64,000 nt of DNA from an uncultured Acidobacteriota bacterium (GCA_963836075.1 CAWIIB010000009.1:2560001-2624000), one strand, 5' to 3'. Positions 19,902-29,104 are shown, counted from the stretch's first letter. Notes: generated from the letters alone by a model not told the origin. Made by a program: numbers and translations.

Positions 19902-20665
19902 AGATTGTCTGGGCCATCGCCCTCAACACCTTCCGCGAGGCGATCCGGGACCGCATCCTTTACCTGCTGCTGGTTTTCGCCCTGCTGCTGATCATCTCCT
20001 CGGTGGTGCTCAGCCTGCTCACCGTGGGCAGTCAGATCAAGATCATCAAGGACATCGGTCTGGCCAGCATCTCGATCTTCGGCGTGCTGATTTCGGTCTT
20101 CGTGGGCATCGGGCTGGTCTCCCGGGAGATCCAGCGGCGGACCATCTACACCGTGGTCACCAAACCGGTCTACCGCTACCAGTTCCTGCTGGGCAAGTAT
20201 CTCGGGCTGCTGCTGACCATCTTCTGCAACGTGGGCCTGATGACGCTGATCTTCATCGCGGTGCTCTTCTGGAAGGGCGGCACCGTGAACCTGGCGGTGC
20301 TCCCGGCCATCCTGATGATCTGTCTCGAACTGCTGCTGGTCACCGGTTTCGCCCTGCTCTTCTCGTCTTTCTCCACGCCGATCCTCAGCGCCGTATTCAC
20401 CCTGGCCCTCTACGTCACCGGCCACGTCAGCGGCGGCCTGCTGCTGCTCAAGGAGCACGTGCGCAGCGGTTTCAGCCGCTGGCTCTGCGATGCGCTCTAC
20501 TACCTGCTGCCCAACCTGGAGCTGTTCAATCTCAAACACCAGGCGGTGCACAACCTGCCCCTGCGCGACGGCCAGCTGCTGCTGGCGCTGACCTACGGCC
20601 TGCTGTACGCCGCGGCGGTCTTCGTGCTCACCGTGGCGATTTTCCGGCGGAGGGATTTCCAGTGA
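19898..20665 (+). CDS. ABC-2 type permease (similar to Myxococcus PilI)
   Basis: NTFREAIRDR, REIQRRTIYTVVTKP..FLLGK, six TMs, FRRRDF end. Confidence 0.85.
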   Translation: MKIVWAIALNTFREAIRDRILYLLLVFALLLIISSVVLSLLTVGSQIKIIKDIGLASISIFGVLISVFVGIGLVSREIQRRTIYTVVTKPVYRYQFLLGKYLGLLLTIFCNVGLMTLIFIAVLFWKGGTVNLAVLPAILMICLELLLVTGFALLFSSFSTPILSAVFTLALYVTGHVSGGLLLLKEHVRSGFSRWLCDALYYLLPNLELFNLKHQAVHNLPLRDGQLLLALTYGLLYAAAVFVLTVAIFRRRDFQ

Positions 20666-21516
20666 TCCGCGGCGATCTGCGAACCAAGGTGCTGCTGCTG
20701 GCGGCGGCGCTGCTTCTCTTCGGCAGCAGCGTGGCGGTGGGCGTCCGGCTGGAGTCGGACCGCGAGGACGTGCCGGAGACCGACATCCTTTTTCTGCCCT
20801 CCGGCAAGCACCTCAAGCAGTTGACCCTCGGCTTCGACAACATACTGGCCGACGCCATCTACCTCTGGTCGATCCAGCACTACACCGACTTCACCCGGGA
20901 AACCCGCTACCCCTACCTGCTGCACACCTTCGACGTGATCACCGACCTCGACCCGCAATACATCGACGCATACATGATCGGCGCCCTGACCATCGTGGCC
21001 GAGGGCCAGGACATGGAGCGGGCCACCCGGCTGCTGCACAAGGGGATGGTCAACAACCCCGATGACTACCTGCTGCCCCTGGACGCCGGCTACTACTACC
21101 GCGACACCTTCAAGGATCCGAAGAAGGCGGCGTACTACTTCAACGTGGCCGCCGGCCGGCCGGCAGCCCCGAACTACATCAAGCGGCTCTGTGCCGGGAT
21201 GACCGACCGCACCGGGGACAAAAGAACCTCCTACGAACTCTGGAAGCGGGCCTGGGACGAGGCGGAGAAGGAGGAGGACCGGATGATCAGCGAACGCCAC
21301 CTGCGGATCCTCCATGACGAGATCAATATCGAGGACCTCACCGTGCTGGTGCAGCGCTACCTGGCCCGCGAGGGGCACTTTCCCTCCAGCCTGGACCAGC
21401 TGGTGAGCAGCGGGCTGGCCCGGTCCATACCTTCCGACTGGCAGGGCGAGGAATACGGCTACGACCCGTTCACCGGCAAGGTCAGCGGATCGCAGAAATG
21501 GGTGAGCCATGATTAG
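20662..21516 (+). CDS. Membrane-anchored helical/TPR-like protein (similar to Myxococcus PilG)
   Basis: GTG overlaps the permease stop; N-terminal TM, LADAIYLWSIQ, ITDLDPQY, C-terminal FPSSLDQLV..IPSDWQG. Confidence 0.6.
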   Translation: MIRGDLRTKVLLLAAALLLFGSSVAVGVRLESDREDVPETDILFLPSGKHLKQLTLGFDNILADAIYLWSIQHYTDFTRETRYPYLLHTFDVITDLDPQYIDAYMIGALTIVAEGQDMERATRLLHKGMVNNPDDYLLPLDAGYYYRDTFKDPKKAAYYFNVAAGRPAAPNYIKRLCAGMTDRTGDKRTSYELWKRAWDEAEKEEDRMISERHLRILHDEINIEDLTVLVQRYLAREGHFPSSLDQLVSSGLARSIPSDWQGEEYGYDPFTGKVSGSQKWVSHD

Positions 21517-22309
21517 CGACCCGCTGCAACTCCAGGCCCTGACCATCACCATGCTCTGGCTGGCCTTTCCCATGGGCCTCTGCTGGGGCAGCTTCCTCAA
21601 CGTCTGTATCCACCGCCTGCCGCTCTACCAGTCCGTGGTCCGGCCCCGGTCGCGCTGTCCCGGCTGCGGGCAGGCCATCGCCGCCCGGGACAACATCCCC
21701 CTGCTCAGCTGGCTGCTGCTCCGCGGCGCCTGCCGCGGCTGCGGGGCGCGGATCTCCGTCCGCTATCCGGCGGTGGAGCTGCTGGTGGGGCTGCTGACCC
21801 TGCTGCTGGTCTGGCAGCACGGGCCCACACTGGAGCTGGCGACGAGTTTTCTCTTCTGCTCGGCCATGGTGGTGCTGATCTTCACCGACTACGACCACCA
21901 GATCCTGCCCAACCTGGTGACCATCCCCGGAACAGTGGTCGGCTTCCTGTTCAGCCTCTTTCCCGGCGGTGTGACCTGGATCAGCTCGCTGATCGGCCTG
22001 GTGCTGGGCTGGGTGGCCATCGTCGCCGTATCCAAGGCCTACCTCAAAGTGCGCGGTGTGGAGGGGATGGGCATGGGGGACGCCAAGATGATGGCTCTGG
22101 TGGGCGCATTCCTCGGCTGGCCTGGAGTGCTGCTGGTCCTGGTGGTGGGCTCCTTTCTCGGATCGCTGGCCGGTCTCTTTCTGCTCTCCAGCGGCCGCGG
22201 CGGCCTGCAGGCCAAACTGCCCTTCGGTACCTTCCTCGGCATCGCCGGCCTGCTGGCGCTCTTCTTCGGCGATCCGATAATCGGCTGGTATGTGAACCTG
22301 ATTCGATGA
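21509..22309 (+). CDS. pilD: Prepilin peptidase/N-methyltransferase
   Basis: GSFLNVCIHRLP, SRCPGC..CRGC, DYDHQILPN, GMGMGDAKM, PFGTFL. Confidence 0.95.
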   Translation: MISDPLQLQALTITMLWLAFPMGLCWGSFLNVCIHRLPLYQSVVRPRSRCPGCGQAIAARDNIPLLSWLLLRGACRGCGARISVRYPAVELLVGLLTLLLVWQHGPTLELATSFLFCSAMVVLIFTDYDHQILPNLVTIPGTVVGFLFSLFPGGVTWISSLIGLVLGWVAIVAVSKAYLKVRGVEGMGMGDAKMMALVGAFLGWPGVLLVLVVGSFLGSLAGLFLLSSGRGGLQAKLPFGTFLGIAGLLALFFGDPIIGWYVNLIR

Positions 22310-22403
22310 AGCCGTTGGCGGACAAGGAACCGTCCCGTTTGTCCGATAAGGAGGGCAAGCGAGGAGACCGCGATGGTCGCGGATCCCGGTGGAGCGTGGG
22401 CTG

Positions 22404-23717
22404 ATGGAATCCGATCTGCTGGAACTGGTCAACCAGTATTTCATATTTTGCCTGGTGGCCGGGGTCTCCTTCCTGGTTGTGCTGGCCTTTATCCGCCGGA
22501 TCATCCGCTCCCGCGAGCGGGACCGGGACCAGCGCCTGCGGGCCGAGTCCCAGGTGATCGATTCCCTGCAGGGGGTGATCCAGAGCCTCAAGGACAAGGA
22601 GCACCAGCTGGAGTCGCTGCGGCGGATGGAGAGCGAGCGGGCAGAGGATTCGCTGGTTCTGAGCGAGAACATCATCAAGAGTATCTCTTCCGGGGTTTTC
22701 ACCTTTGACTGTGAGGGCCGGGTGGTGAACATGAACCTTCCCGCATCCACCGTGCTGGCCCGCGACCATCGGGAGATGACCGGGGTGGGCTACCGGGAAC
22801 TCTTTTCCGGGTGCCCCGGGTTCAGGGAGATCATCCGGGCCAGCCTGGAGGAGGGCCGGTTCTTCTCCCGGGAGGAGGTGGTCATCGAGCGGAGCCCCGG
22901 GGACACCAGATACCTCGGGGTCAGCGCCAGCCCGCTGCGCAGCCGCAACGACGAGGTGATCGGCTCGATCTGCCTCTTCACCGACCTGACCGAGATACGG
23001 CAGCTGCAGGACCAGGTGCTGCTGCGCGAAAACCTGGCCCGCCTGGGCGAGATGTCGGCCGGCATCGCCCACGAGTTCCGCAACGGCCTGGCCGCCATCC
23101 AGGGGTACGCCCAGCTGGTGAGCCGCAACCCGGAGGACGGCCGGGTGGCCGAGCACGCCGGGGAAATCCTCAAGGAGACCCGGACCCTGGGCAAGGTGGT
23201 CAACGATTTCCTCGCCTTTGCCCGCCCCGCATCCCCGCGTCTGGAACGGGTGGAGCTGGGACAGCTGCTGGAGGAATGCCTGGCCGAAGTGACCCCCCCC
23301 GGCGAGGACGACGGCATGGACTTCAGCCTGGAAGGCGACTTCCCGGCGGTGAACGGTGACGAGACCCTGCTGCGCCAGGCCTTTCTCAACCTGCTGCGCA
23401 ACGCCCGCCAGGCGGTCCGTGCGGTGCGGGACGAGGGCGGGGAGGTCCGGGTGCTGGGGGCAGCGGGCGATGGCGGCACGGTGGCCCTCGAGATCCGGGA
23501 CAACGGCATGGGCATCGAGGAACAGAACCTCGACCGGATCTTCCTCCCCTTCTTCACCACCCGGGAGGAGGGCACCGGCCTGGGGCTGGCCCTGGTGCAG
23601 AAGATCATCCTCTCGCACAACGGAACGATCCAGGTGAGCAGCCGTACGGGGCAGGGCTCCACCTTCCGGGTCACCCTGCAGCCCTGGCGGCCGGAACCCT
23701 CCGACAACCCCGGTTAA
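22404..23717 (+). CDS. PAS sensor histidine kinase with a single N-terminal TM
   Basis: AHEFRNGL H-box, NLLRNA, DNGMG, FFTTREEGTGLGL. Confidence 0.9.
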   Translation: MESDLLELVNQYFIFCLVAGVSFLVVLAFIRRIIRSRERDRDQRLRAESQVIDSLQGVIQSLKDKEHQLESLRRMESERAEDSLVLSENIIKSISSGVFTFDCEGRVVNMNLPASTVLARDHREMTGVGYRELFSGCPGFREIIRASLEEGRFFSREEVVIERSPGDTRYLGVSASPLRSRNDEVIGSICLFTDLTEIRQLQDQVLLRENLARLGEMSAGIAHEFRNGLAAIQGYAQLVSRNPEDGRVAEHAGEILKETRTLGKVVNDFLAFARPASPRLERVELGQLLEECLAEVTPPGEDDGMDFSLEGDFPAVNGDETLLRQAFLNLLRNARQAVRAVRDEGGEVRVLGAAGDGGTVALEIRDNGMGIEEQNLDRIFLPFFTTREEGTGLGLALVQKIILSHNGTIQVSSRTGQGSTFRVTLQPWRPEPSDNPG

Positions 23718-23783
23718 CGGTTCCGCCAACCGGCGTTCACTCTCCGGCGGCTCCAGCCGGCACCCTCCCTCTGGGGCCGGCCG

Positions 23784-23799
23784 TGGCACGTTGTTTGCT
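23784..23799 (+). promoter_or_regulatory. sigma54 -24/-12 promoter of the minor pilin operon
   Basis: TGGCACGTTGTTTGCT, full match to TGGCACG-N4-TTGCW. Confidence 0.8.
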
Positions 23800-23811
23800 G
23801 TCACTGTTGCC

Positions 23812-24228
23812 ATGAACCCCGCGCCGCACAATACAACGGGCCAACAGGGCATCGGCCTTGCCGAATGCACCGCAGCGTTGCTGATCCTCGCCGTGGGCGC
23901 CCTGGCCGGCATGGAACTGGTGGTCCTCTCGGCCAGGTCGGGCGACGCCCTGCAGCGGCAGGCCGCGGCCAACACCCTGCTGGCCGGCCGCATGGAAGAA
24001 CTGCTGTCCCTGCCCTACGACGATCCGGCCCTGGAACCGGGCGGGTCGCTCATCCTGCCCCGGCCCGGGTACAGCGAAGAAGTGACCCTCGACGGCAGGT
24101 CGTGGCTGTTGCACCGTCAGGTAGCCATGGAGGCCGGCGGCCAAAAACTGGTCACCCTCACCGTGGTGTTGGCGGGGGAGGGGGGCCGTCGGCCCGGCGC
24201 CCGGCTCTCCGCGTGGGTGGTCCCGTGA
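23812..24228 (+). CDS. Minor pilin, PilV-like (degenerate signal)
   Basis: QQG|IGLAECTAALLILAVGALA with Glu at +5; LAGRMEELLSLPYD. Confidence 0.6.
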   Translation: MNPAPHNTTGQQGIGLAECTAALLILAVGALAGMELVVLSARSGDALQRQAAANTLLAGRMEELLSLPYDDPALEPGGSLILPRPGYSEEVTLDGRSWLLHRQVAMEAGGQKLVTLTVVLAGEGGRRPGARLSAWVVP

Positions 24229-24911
24229 CCGGGCGGGCTGCCGGGTTCACCCTGGCCGAGACCGCCGCCGCCCTATTCCTCGGGCTGCTCATTTCCGCCG
24301 CGGTGCTGACGCTGCTCACCGCGGTGCAGCGGTCCGAGGCACGGTTTCAGGGCGACGCCCAGCGGGCGGCCTCCCTGCGCCGGGGAGCCCAGCGGATCTG
24401 CCGGGCGGTGCGTCTTGCCGGGGCCGGAGCAGGCGATGTGCCGCCGGTTTTCGCCCCCCTGGAGGAGGCTGGGCCGGAGAGTCTGACCATCCTGTGCGAC
24501 CTCGATGGCGACGGCCTGGCCGGGGGCGGGGGGGAGCGGGTCAGTTACCGCCTGGACGGAGATGTGCTGCGCCAGGGCAGCGCTCCGGTGGCCGAGGGGG
24601 TGCAGTCCCTCAACTTCACCTACCGGGTGGCTGCCGGTGTTGACGGGCTGCGCGACTGGACGGACAACGACGCTGACGGCCTGGTTGATGAACGGGGTGA
24701 ACTGCGGCGAACCGCTGCCCCGGTCTCCCGCCGGGACGACGGCCGCGACAACGACGGTGACGGCGAGATCGACGAAACGGACGAGTCGGAGACCTGGCAC
24801 GTGCGGGTGGTGGAGGTGGTGCTGGCCGGCCACGGACCGTTGGGCGGTTCGGGGCAGGCAGCCCGGCGGGAAGTACGGGCTGCCGCCGCCCTGCTGTGCC
24901 GGTTGCGCTGA
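24225..24911 (+). CDS. Minor pilin, PilW-like, with Asp-rich motifs
   Basis: GTG overlaps the previous stop; AAG|FTLAETAAALFLGLLI; AVRLAG; DxDxDG motifs. Confidence 0.65.
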   Translation: MTGRAAGFTLAETAAALFLGLLISAAVLTLLTAVQRSEARFQGDAQRAASLRRGAQRICRAVRLAGAGAGDVPPVFAPLEEAGPESLTILCDLDGDGLAGGGGERVSYRLDGDVLRQGSAPVAEGVQSLNFTYRVAAGVDGLRDWTDNDADGLVDERGELRRTAAPVSRRDDGRDNDGDGEIDETDESETWHVRVVEVVLAGHGPLGGSGQAARREVRAAAALLCRLR

Positions 24912-24927
24912 GCAAGGAGAGTGACCG

Positions 24928-26672
24928 ATGAAACAGTGCGCCAGTGATTCCCGCGGCTCGGCCCTGCCGGCGGCGCTCTTCCTCGCCGCCATGCTGGCGC
25001 TGGTGGGCGCATCCCTGCACCTGGCGGTGCAGACCGAGCAGCGGCTGGCCGTCAACTGTCTGGAAAGCGACCGGGCACGGCTGGCCGCTCTCTCCGCCCT
25101 GCGCCACCGGACGGCCCAGCTGCGGCAGGCCCTGGCCCGGTTCCGGCTCCCCGAGGGTCTGGACACGACCGACGCCGAACGCTACCGGGACGACTTCCTC
25201 TCCGCCGAGCCGGAACGCTGTCTGAGCCTGCTGGAGGACGGTGTTCACGAGCTGGAAACCCGCTTCGGCCCCTGGACCCTGGAGCTGCCGCTGGCCGGGG
25301 CCGCACTGACCGACCTGGACCAGCTGGCCTGCTGCCGGGCGGCCTGCCACCTGGAGCCGGACGGGGTCAGCGGCAACCCGGCCACCGGGCTCTCCTTCAC
25401 TTACCGCTGCCGGGTCACCGGCGAGGGCCGCAGCAGTTCACCGGGCCGGGAGCGGGCCGGGGCGGCCTATTGCCGCGAGGAGAGTCGGTTTACCATCATC
25501 CTGGCCCGGTTCCCCCGCTGCCACTGGCAGCTCTGCCTGCCCGCCGGGGGGGACCACCCCGGCGATCCCCGGCTCCACCTGCCGCCGCTCTGCTTTGCCG
25601 GTCCGGTGAGGACGTGGGGCTGGCCCGGTTTCGCCGGCACCGGCCGGCCCCGGTCGGGCCTGCCGCGCTTCCAGCGGGCCTTTCTCAACCCCCGGGACGA
25701 CCGGGCCTCCTGGTCGTTGACCGCCGAGGCCGATCCGCAGTTCGCCGCCGGCGGTTTCCCCTGCCGTCTCAAACCGGACGCACCTCTCCCGCCCCCGGGG
25801 AACCTGGCCCGGGCCGCGCTGGGGCTTTCCCCCGGCCCCGGCCCGATCCTCGGCGCCGACGAACTGCTGCAGGCCCTGGGGCTGCCCGCGGGCACCGGGC
25901 GTCCGCCGGCTGGTGTCTACCTCCTGCGTGACGGTGAGCTCACCGGCGGCATCTACGTGGAGGGCGACCTGGCCCTGCTGGAAATCAGGGGCGAGGAGCA
26001 GCAGCAGGTTTTTCTGCTGCAGACCGCCGCCGGGCTGCCCCCGCTGGAAGTGCGGGTGGACCGCCGGCAGCAGACCACCTGGATCGACTCCGTTCCCCTC
26101 CCGGGCCTGCTGGAGGGCCCGCTCTATGTGGAGGGGAGCATCCACTCCCTGGGCACCGGCGCCGGGGCAGGCGGGCCGGTGCCGCCGGCCCTGGCGCCCG
26201 GGGTTACGCTCACCGTCGCCGCATCCGGGGACATGGTGCTCAGTGATCACCTGGTCTACTCCGCCTCCCCGGGGCCCTTCCCCGATCCGCGGGCCGTTCC
26301 ACCGGCCGATGGTCAACTGCTGGGGCTTTATTCCAGCGGCTGCCGGGCCGACGGGTACGGCCTGCGGCGGACCGGGCATGGTTCTCCAGGGGCCTGCGGA
26401 GGGGCGTCTGCGTCTCGATGCCGTGCTGGCCGTGGGCGGCGAGGGGCGCGGGGTCCGGTGGGGCGGGGAGAGCGGTACCGGTTCTTTTCGGCGCCCTCAC
26501 CGTGGAACGCCTGGTGCAGCCGCGGCTCTTCTCCGGGATCACCGTGACCTACGACTCCCGGTTGGCCGACCCCGCGTTCCGACCGCCCGGTTGGCCCGCC
26601 GGCCCCTCCCTTGAGGCCTATCTGGCGTCCTGGGAGATGGCTCTGCGGGAGGAAATCTCCCCCTATCACTGA
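24928..26672 (+). CDS. Large PilX-like minor pilin (two apparent +1 frameshifts, about 26360 and 26480)
   Basis: SRG|SALPAALFLAAMLALVG lacking E5 (PilX-type); GGIYVEGD; C-terminal TYDSRLADPAFRPPGWP in the shifted frame. Confidence 0.55.
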
Positions 26673-26717
26673 ATATCCTGCCGGCCGTGGTAAATCCTTT
26701 ATTTCTCGTTAGCTGCC

Positions 26718-26745
26718 TTGACGTCCGCTCCTTCGGGCCTATAAT
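26718..26745 (+). promoter_or_regulatory. Near-consensus sigma70 promoter
   Basis: TTGACG-N16-TATAAT. Confidence 0.7.
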
Positions 26746-26750
26746 TCAAA

Positions 26751-26886
26751 GAGCTACGATAATTCCCTGGACCAACTGATCTGTCTGCGGACCCCGGTCT
26801 CAAGAGCCGTGCCGAAGGCACCGATAAGGGGAGCAGCGATCTGGTAGCCGGTCAATCGGCCGGCCTCACTGGAGGTATGGAAACCC
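26751..26886 (+). ncRNA. Candidate structured leader/ncRNA, family unassigned
   Basis: Nested complementary segments ACCA/TGGT, GATC/GATC, CTGC/GCAG, CCCC/GGGG enclosing two hairpins, then two further hairpins. Confidence 0.4.
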
Positions 26887-27525
26887 ATGAGCAGAGCAAA
26901 CAGCGGCATTTCAGATGGACGGCCCCGTGTGGGCCTCCTGGCGGCAGTTATCGTCCTGGCCTTCCTGGTCTTTGCCGGAACATCCCTCTCCGGGGTGCTG
27001 GCCGGGCCGGCCCAGGAAAAGGGCCAGGAGGAACCGAAGGAGAAGGAGGACCAGCCGAAGAAATTCACCAACAAGGATTTGAGGCGAGGCTCCAGCCCCT
27101 CCACCAGCGGGAACGAGACACCGGCCGCCGGCGAGGACGGGCAGGCCGCCGAAGGCGCGGAGCCGGGGGATGAGGCCGGAGAAGCGTCGGAAGACCAGCA
27201 GGACCCCTGGGACGGTGTGGGTGTGGCCACCGATGAGCAGGGCCGCGGGGAGGCCTACTGGCGGCAAGCCATGTCCGACGCCCGGGGCGCGGTGACCGCG
27301 GCCCAGGCGGAGCATGACCGGCTGCAGAGCGAGATGAACCTCAAACGGAGCGAATTCACCGCCATCGACGACCCGGCTGCCCGGGCCCTGGTGGATGACA
27401 GGATCCAGGAACTCTATGGTTTGCTGGATCAATCAAAAGCAGCCGTGGCCGACGCCGAAAAGGCCCTCAGCGACCTGCAGGAAGACGCCCGCCGGTCCGG
27501 GGCCCTGCCCGGGTGGTTGAGGTAG
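26887..27525 (+). CDS. Secreted/membrane-anchored coiled-coil hypothetical protein
   Basis: N-terminal hydrophobic segment, KKFTNKDL, acidic linker, YWR-led coiled coil, EDARRSGALPGWLR end. Confidence 0.75.
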   Translation: MSRANSGISDGRPRVGLLAAVIVLAFLVFAGTSLSGVLAGPAQEKGQEEPKEKEDQPKKFTNKDLRRGSSPSTSGNETPAAGEDGQAAEGAEPGDEAGEASEDQQDPWDGVGVATDEQGRGEAYWRQAMSDARGAVTAAQAEHDRLQSEMNLKRSEFTAIDDPAARALVDDRIQELYGLLDQSKAAVADAEKALSDLQEDARRSGALPGWLR

Positions 27526-27550
27526 GAGGCAGCCCGAAGGGAACACCGAC

Positions 27551-28972
27551 GTGAACCGGATTCTGGTGGTGGAAGACAAGGCGAGCCTGCGCCAGATGCT
27601 GCATGCCACCCTGGAGGGTGCGGGCTACGAGGTGGAGACCGCTTCGGAGGGCAAGGCGGCGCTGCGCACCCTGAAGGAAAAGCGCTACCTGCTGGTGATC
27701 ACCGATCTGCGGCTGCCCGGGGCGGACGGCATGCAGGTGCTGCGCCAGGCCCGGGAGAGCGACCCTGACGTGCCGGTGATCGTGATGACCGGGTACGGCT
27801 CGGTGGAACTGGCTGTGGAGGCGATGAAGGAAGGGGCTTTCGACTTCCTCACCAAGCCGGTGGACATGGACCACCTGCTGCTGCTCATCGGCCGGGTGGT
27901 GGACCAGCGGCGGCTGCAGTTCGAGAACCTGCTGTTCCGGGAGATCTTCGCCGAGACCATGGGCTTCCCCCGGATCATCGGTGCGGACACCGGGCTCCGC
28001 GAGATCCTGGCCAAGACACGGAAGGTGGCCCCCACTGCGGCCACCGTGCTGATCACCGGGGAGAGCGGCACCGGCAAGGAACTGATCGCCCGGGCGATCC
28101 ACCACCTCAGCGGGCGGCAGGAGCGGCCGTTCGTGGCCATCAACTGTGCCGCCATTCCCGCAACCCTGCTGGAGAGCGAACTGTTCGGCCACGAGAAGGG
28201 CGCCTTCACCGGGGCAGTGGCCCTGAAGAAGGGGAAGTTCGAACTGGCCGACGGCGGCACCCTCTTTCTCGACGAGATCGGGGAGATCCCCCCCGAGCTC
28301 CAGCCGAAGATCCTCCGGGTGCTGCAGGAGAAGACCTTCGAGCGGGTGGGAGGCACCAAGACCATCGGGGCCGACGTCCGCATCCTCGCCGCCACCAACC
28401 GCGAACTCACCGCCCGGATCAGGGAGGGCGCGTTCCGGCAGGACCTCTACTTCCGGCTCAACGTCTTCCCGGTGCACATGCCGCCGCTGCGGGCTCGCCG
28501 CGGTGACATCCCCCTGCTGGCCGAGGAGTTTGTCCGCCGCTTTTCCCGGGAGGTGCGGCAGCGAATGGAGATGACGCTCACCGCCGATGCGCTGGAGCGG
28601 CTGGCGGCCCACGACTGGCCCGGCAACATCCGCGAACTGGAGAACTGTATCGAGCGGGCGGTGATCCTGGCCAACGGCAGTGAAATCCCGGCCAGCCTGC
28701 TCAGTATCGGCCAGTCACCATCCCCCGGCGGCCGCCCTGCTGACCTGGAGGCTTTCCGGCAACTGGTCGATCTGGAAGGCACACTGTCCGAGGCGGCCGG
28801 CCGGGCCGCGGCCCTGGCGGAAAAAATCAAAATCAACCAGGCCCTGGAGGAGAGCGGCGGCGTGCGCTCCAGGGCGGCCCAGTCCCTGGGCGTGAGCCAG
28901 AAGACGCTGCTGGCCAAGATCCGGGAGTACGGCCTGGATGAGGCCGGCGCCGGTGCAGCGCCGGCCCCCTGA
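27551..28972 (+). CDS. NtrC-family sigma54-dependent response regulator
   Basis: Receiver, GESGTGKE, ELFGHEKGAFTGA, WPGNIRELEN, HTH. Confidence 0.93.
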   Translation: MNRILVVEDKASLRQMLHATLEGAGYEVETASEGKAALRTLKEKRYLLVITDLRLPGADGMQVLRQARESDPDVPVIVMTGYGSVELAVEAMKEGAFDFLTKPVDMDHLLLLIGRVVDQRRLQFENLLFREIFAETMGFPRIIGADTGLREILAKTRKVAPTAATVLITGESGTGKELIARAIHHLSGRQERPFVAINCAAIPATLLESELFGHEKGAFTGAVALKKGKFELADGGTLFLDEIGEIPPELQPKILRVLQEKTFERVGGTKTIGADVRILAATNRELTARIREGAFRQDLYFRLNVFPVHMPPLRARRGDIPLLAEEFVRRFSREVRQRMEMTLTADALERLAAHDWPGNIRELENCIERAVILANGSEIPASLLSIGQSPSPGGRPADLEAFRQLVDLEGTLSEAAGRAAALAEKIKINQALEESGGVRSRAAQSLGVSQKTLLAKIREYGLDEAGAGAAPAP

Positions 28973-29002
28973 TTTCCTGCGGCAGTCCCGCCAGCTCATT
29001 TC

Positions 29003-29031
29003 TTGACTTGATCCTTTACCTTTGTTACCCT
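29003..29031 (+). promoter_or_regulatory. Candidate sigma70 promoter of the arginine operon
   Basis: TTGACT-N17-TACCCT with TG extension. Confidence 0.5.
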
Positions 29032-29104
29032 TCGCCTCTTCCCGGGGACCGGCCGGACACAGGTGATGTCTGCCCGCACCCGGTGGAGAAAGACGCGTGA
29101 AACG

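Noticed and set aside
26751-26886. Assignment as SRP RNA, 6S RNA, or a c-di-GMP-I, glycine, ZTP or yybP riboswitch
   Set aside because: Only fragments match (GGGGAGCAGC, GCCGAAGG, GGTCT..GATA); the remaining defining motifs of each family are missing
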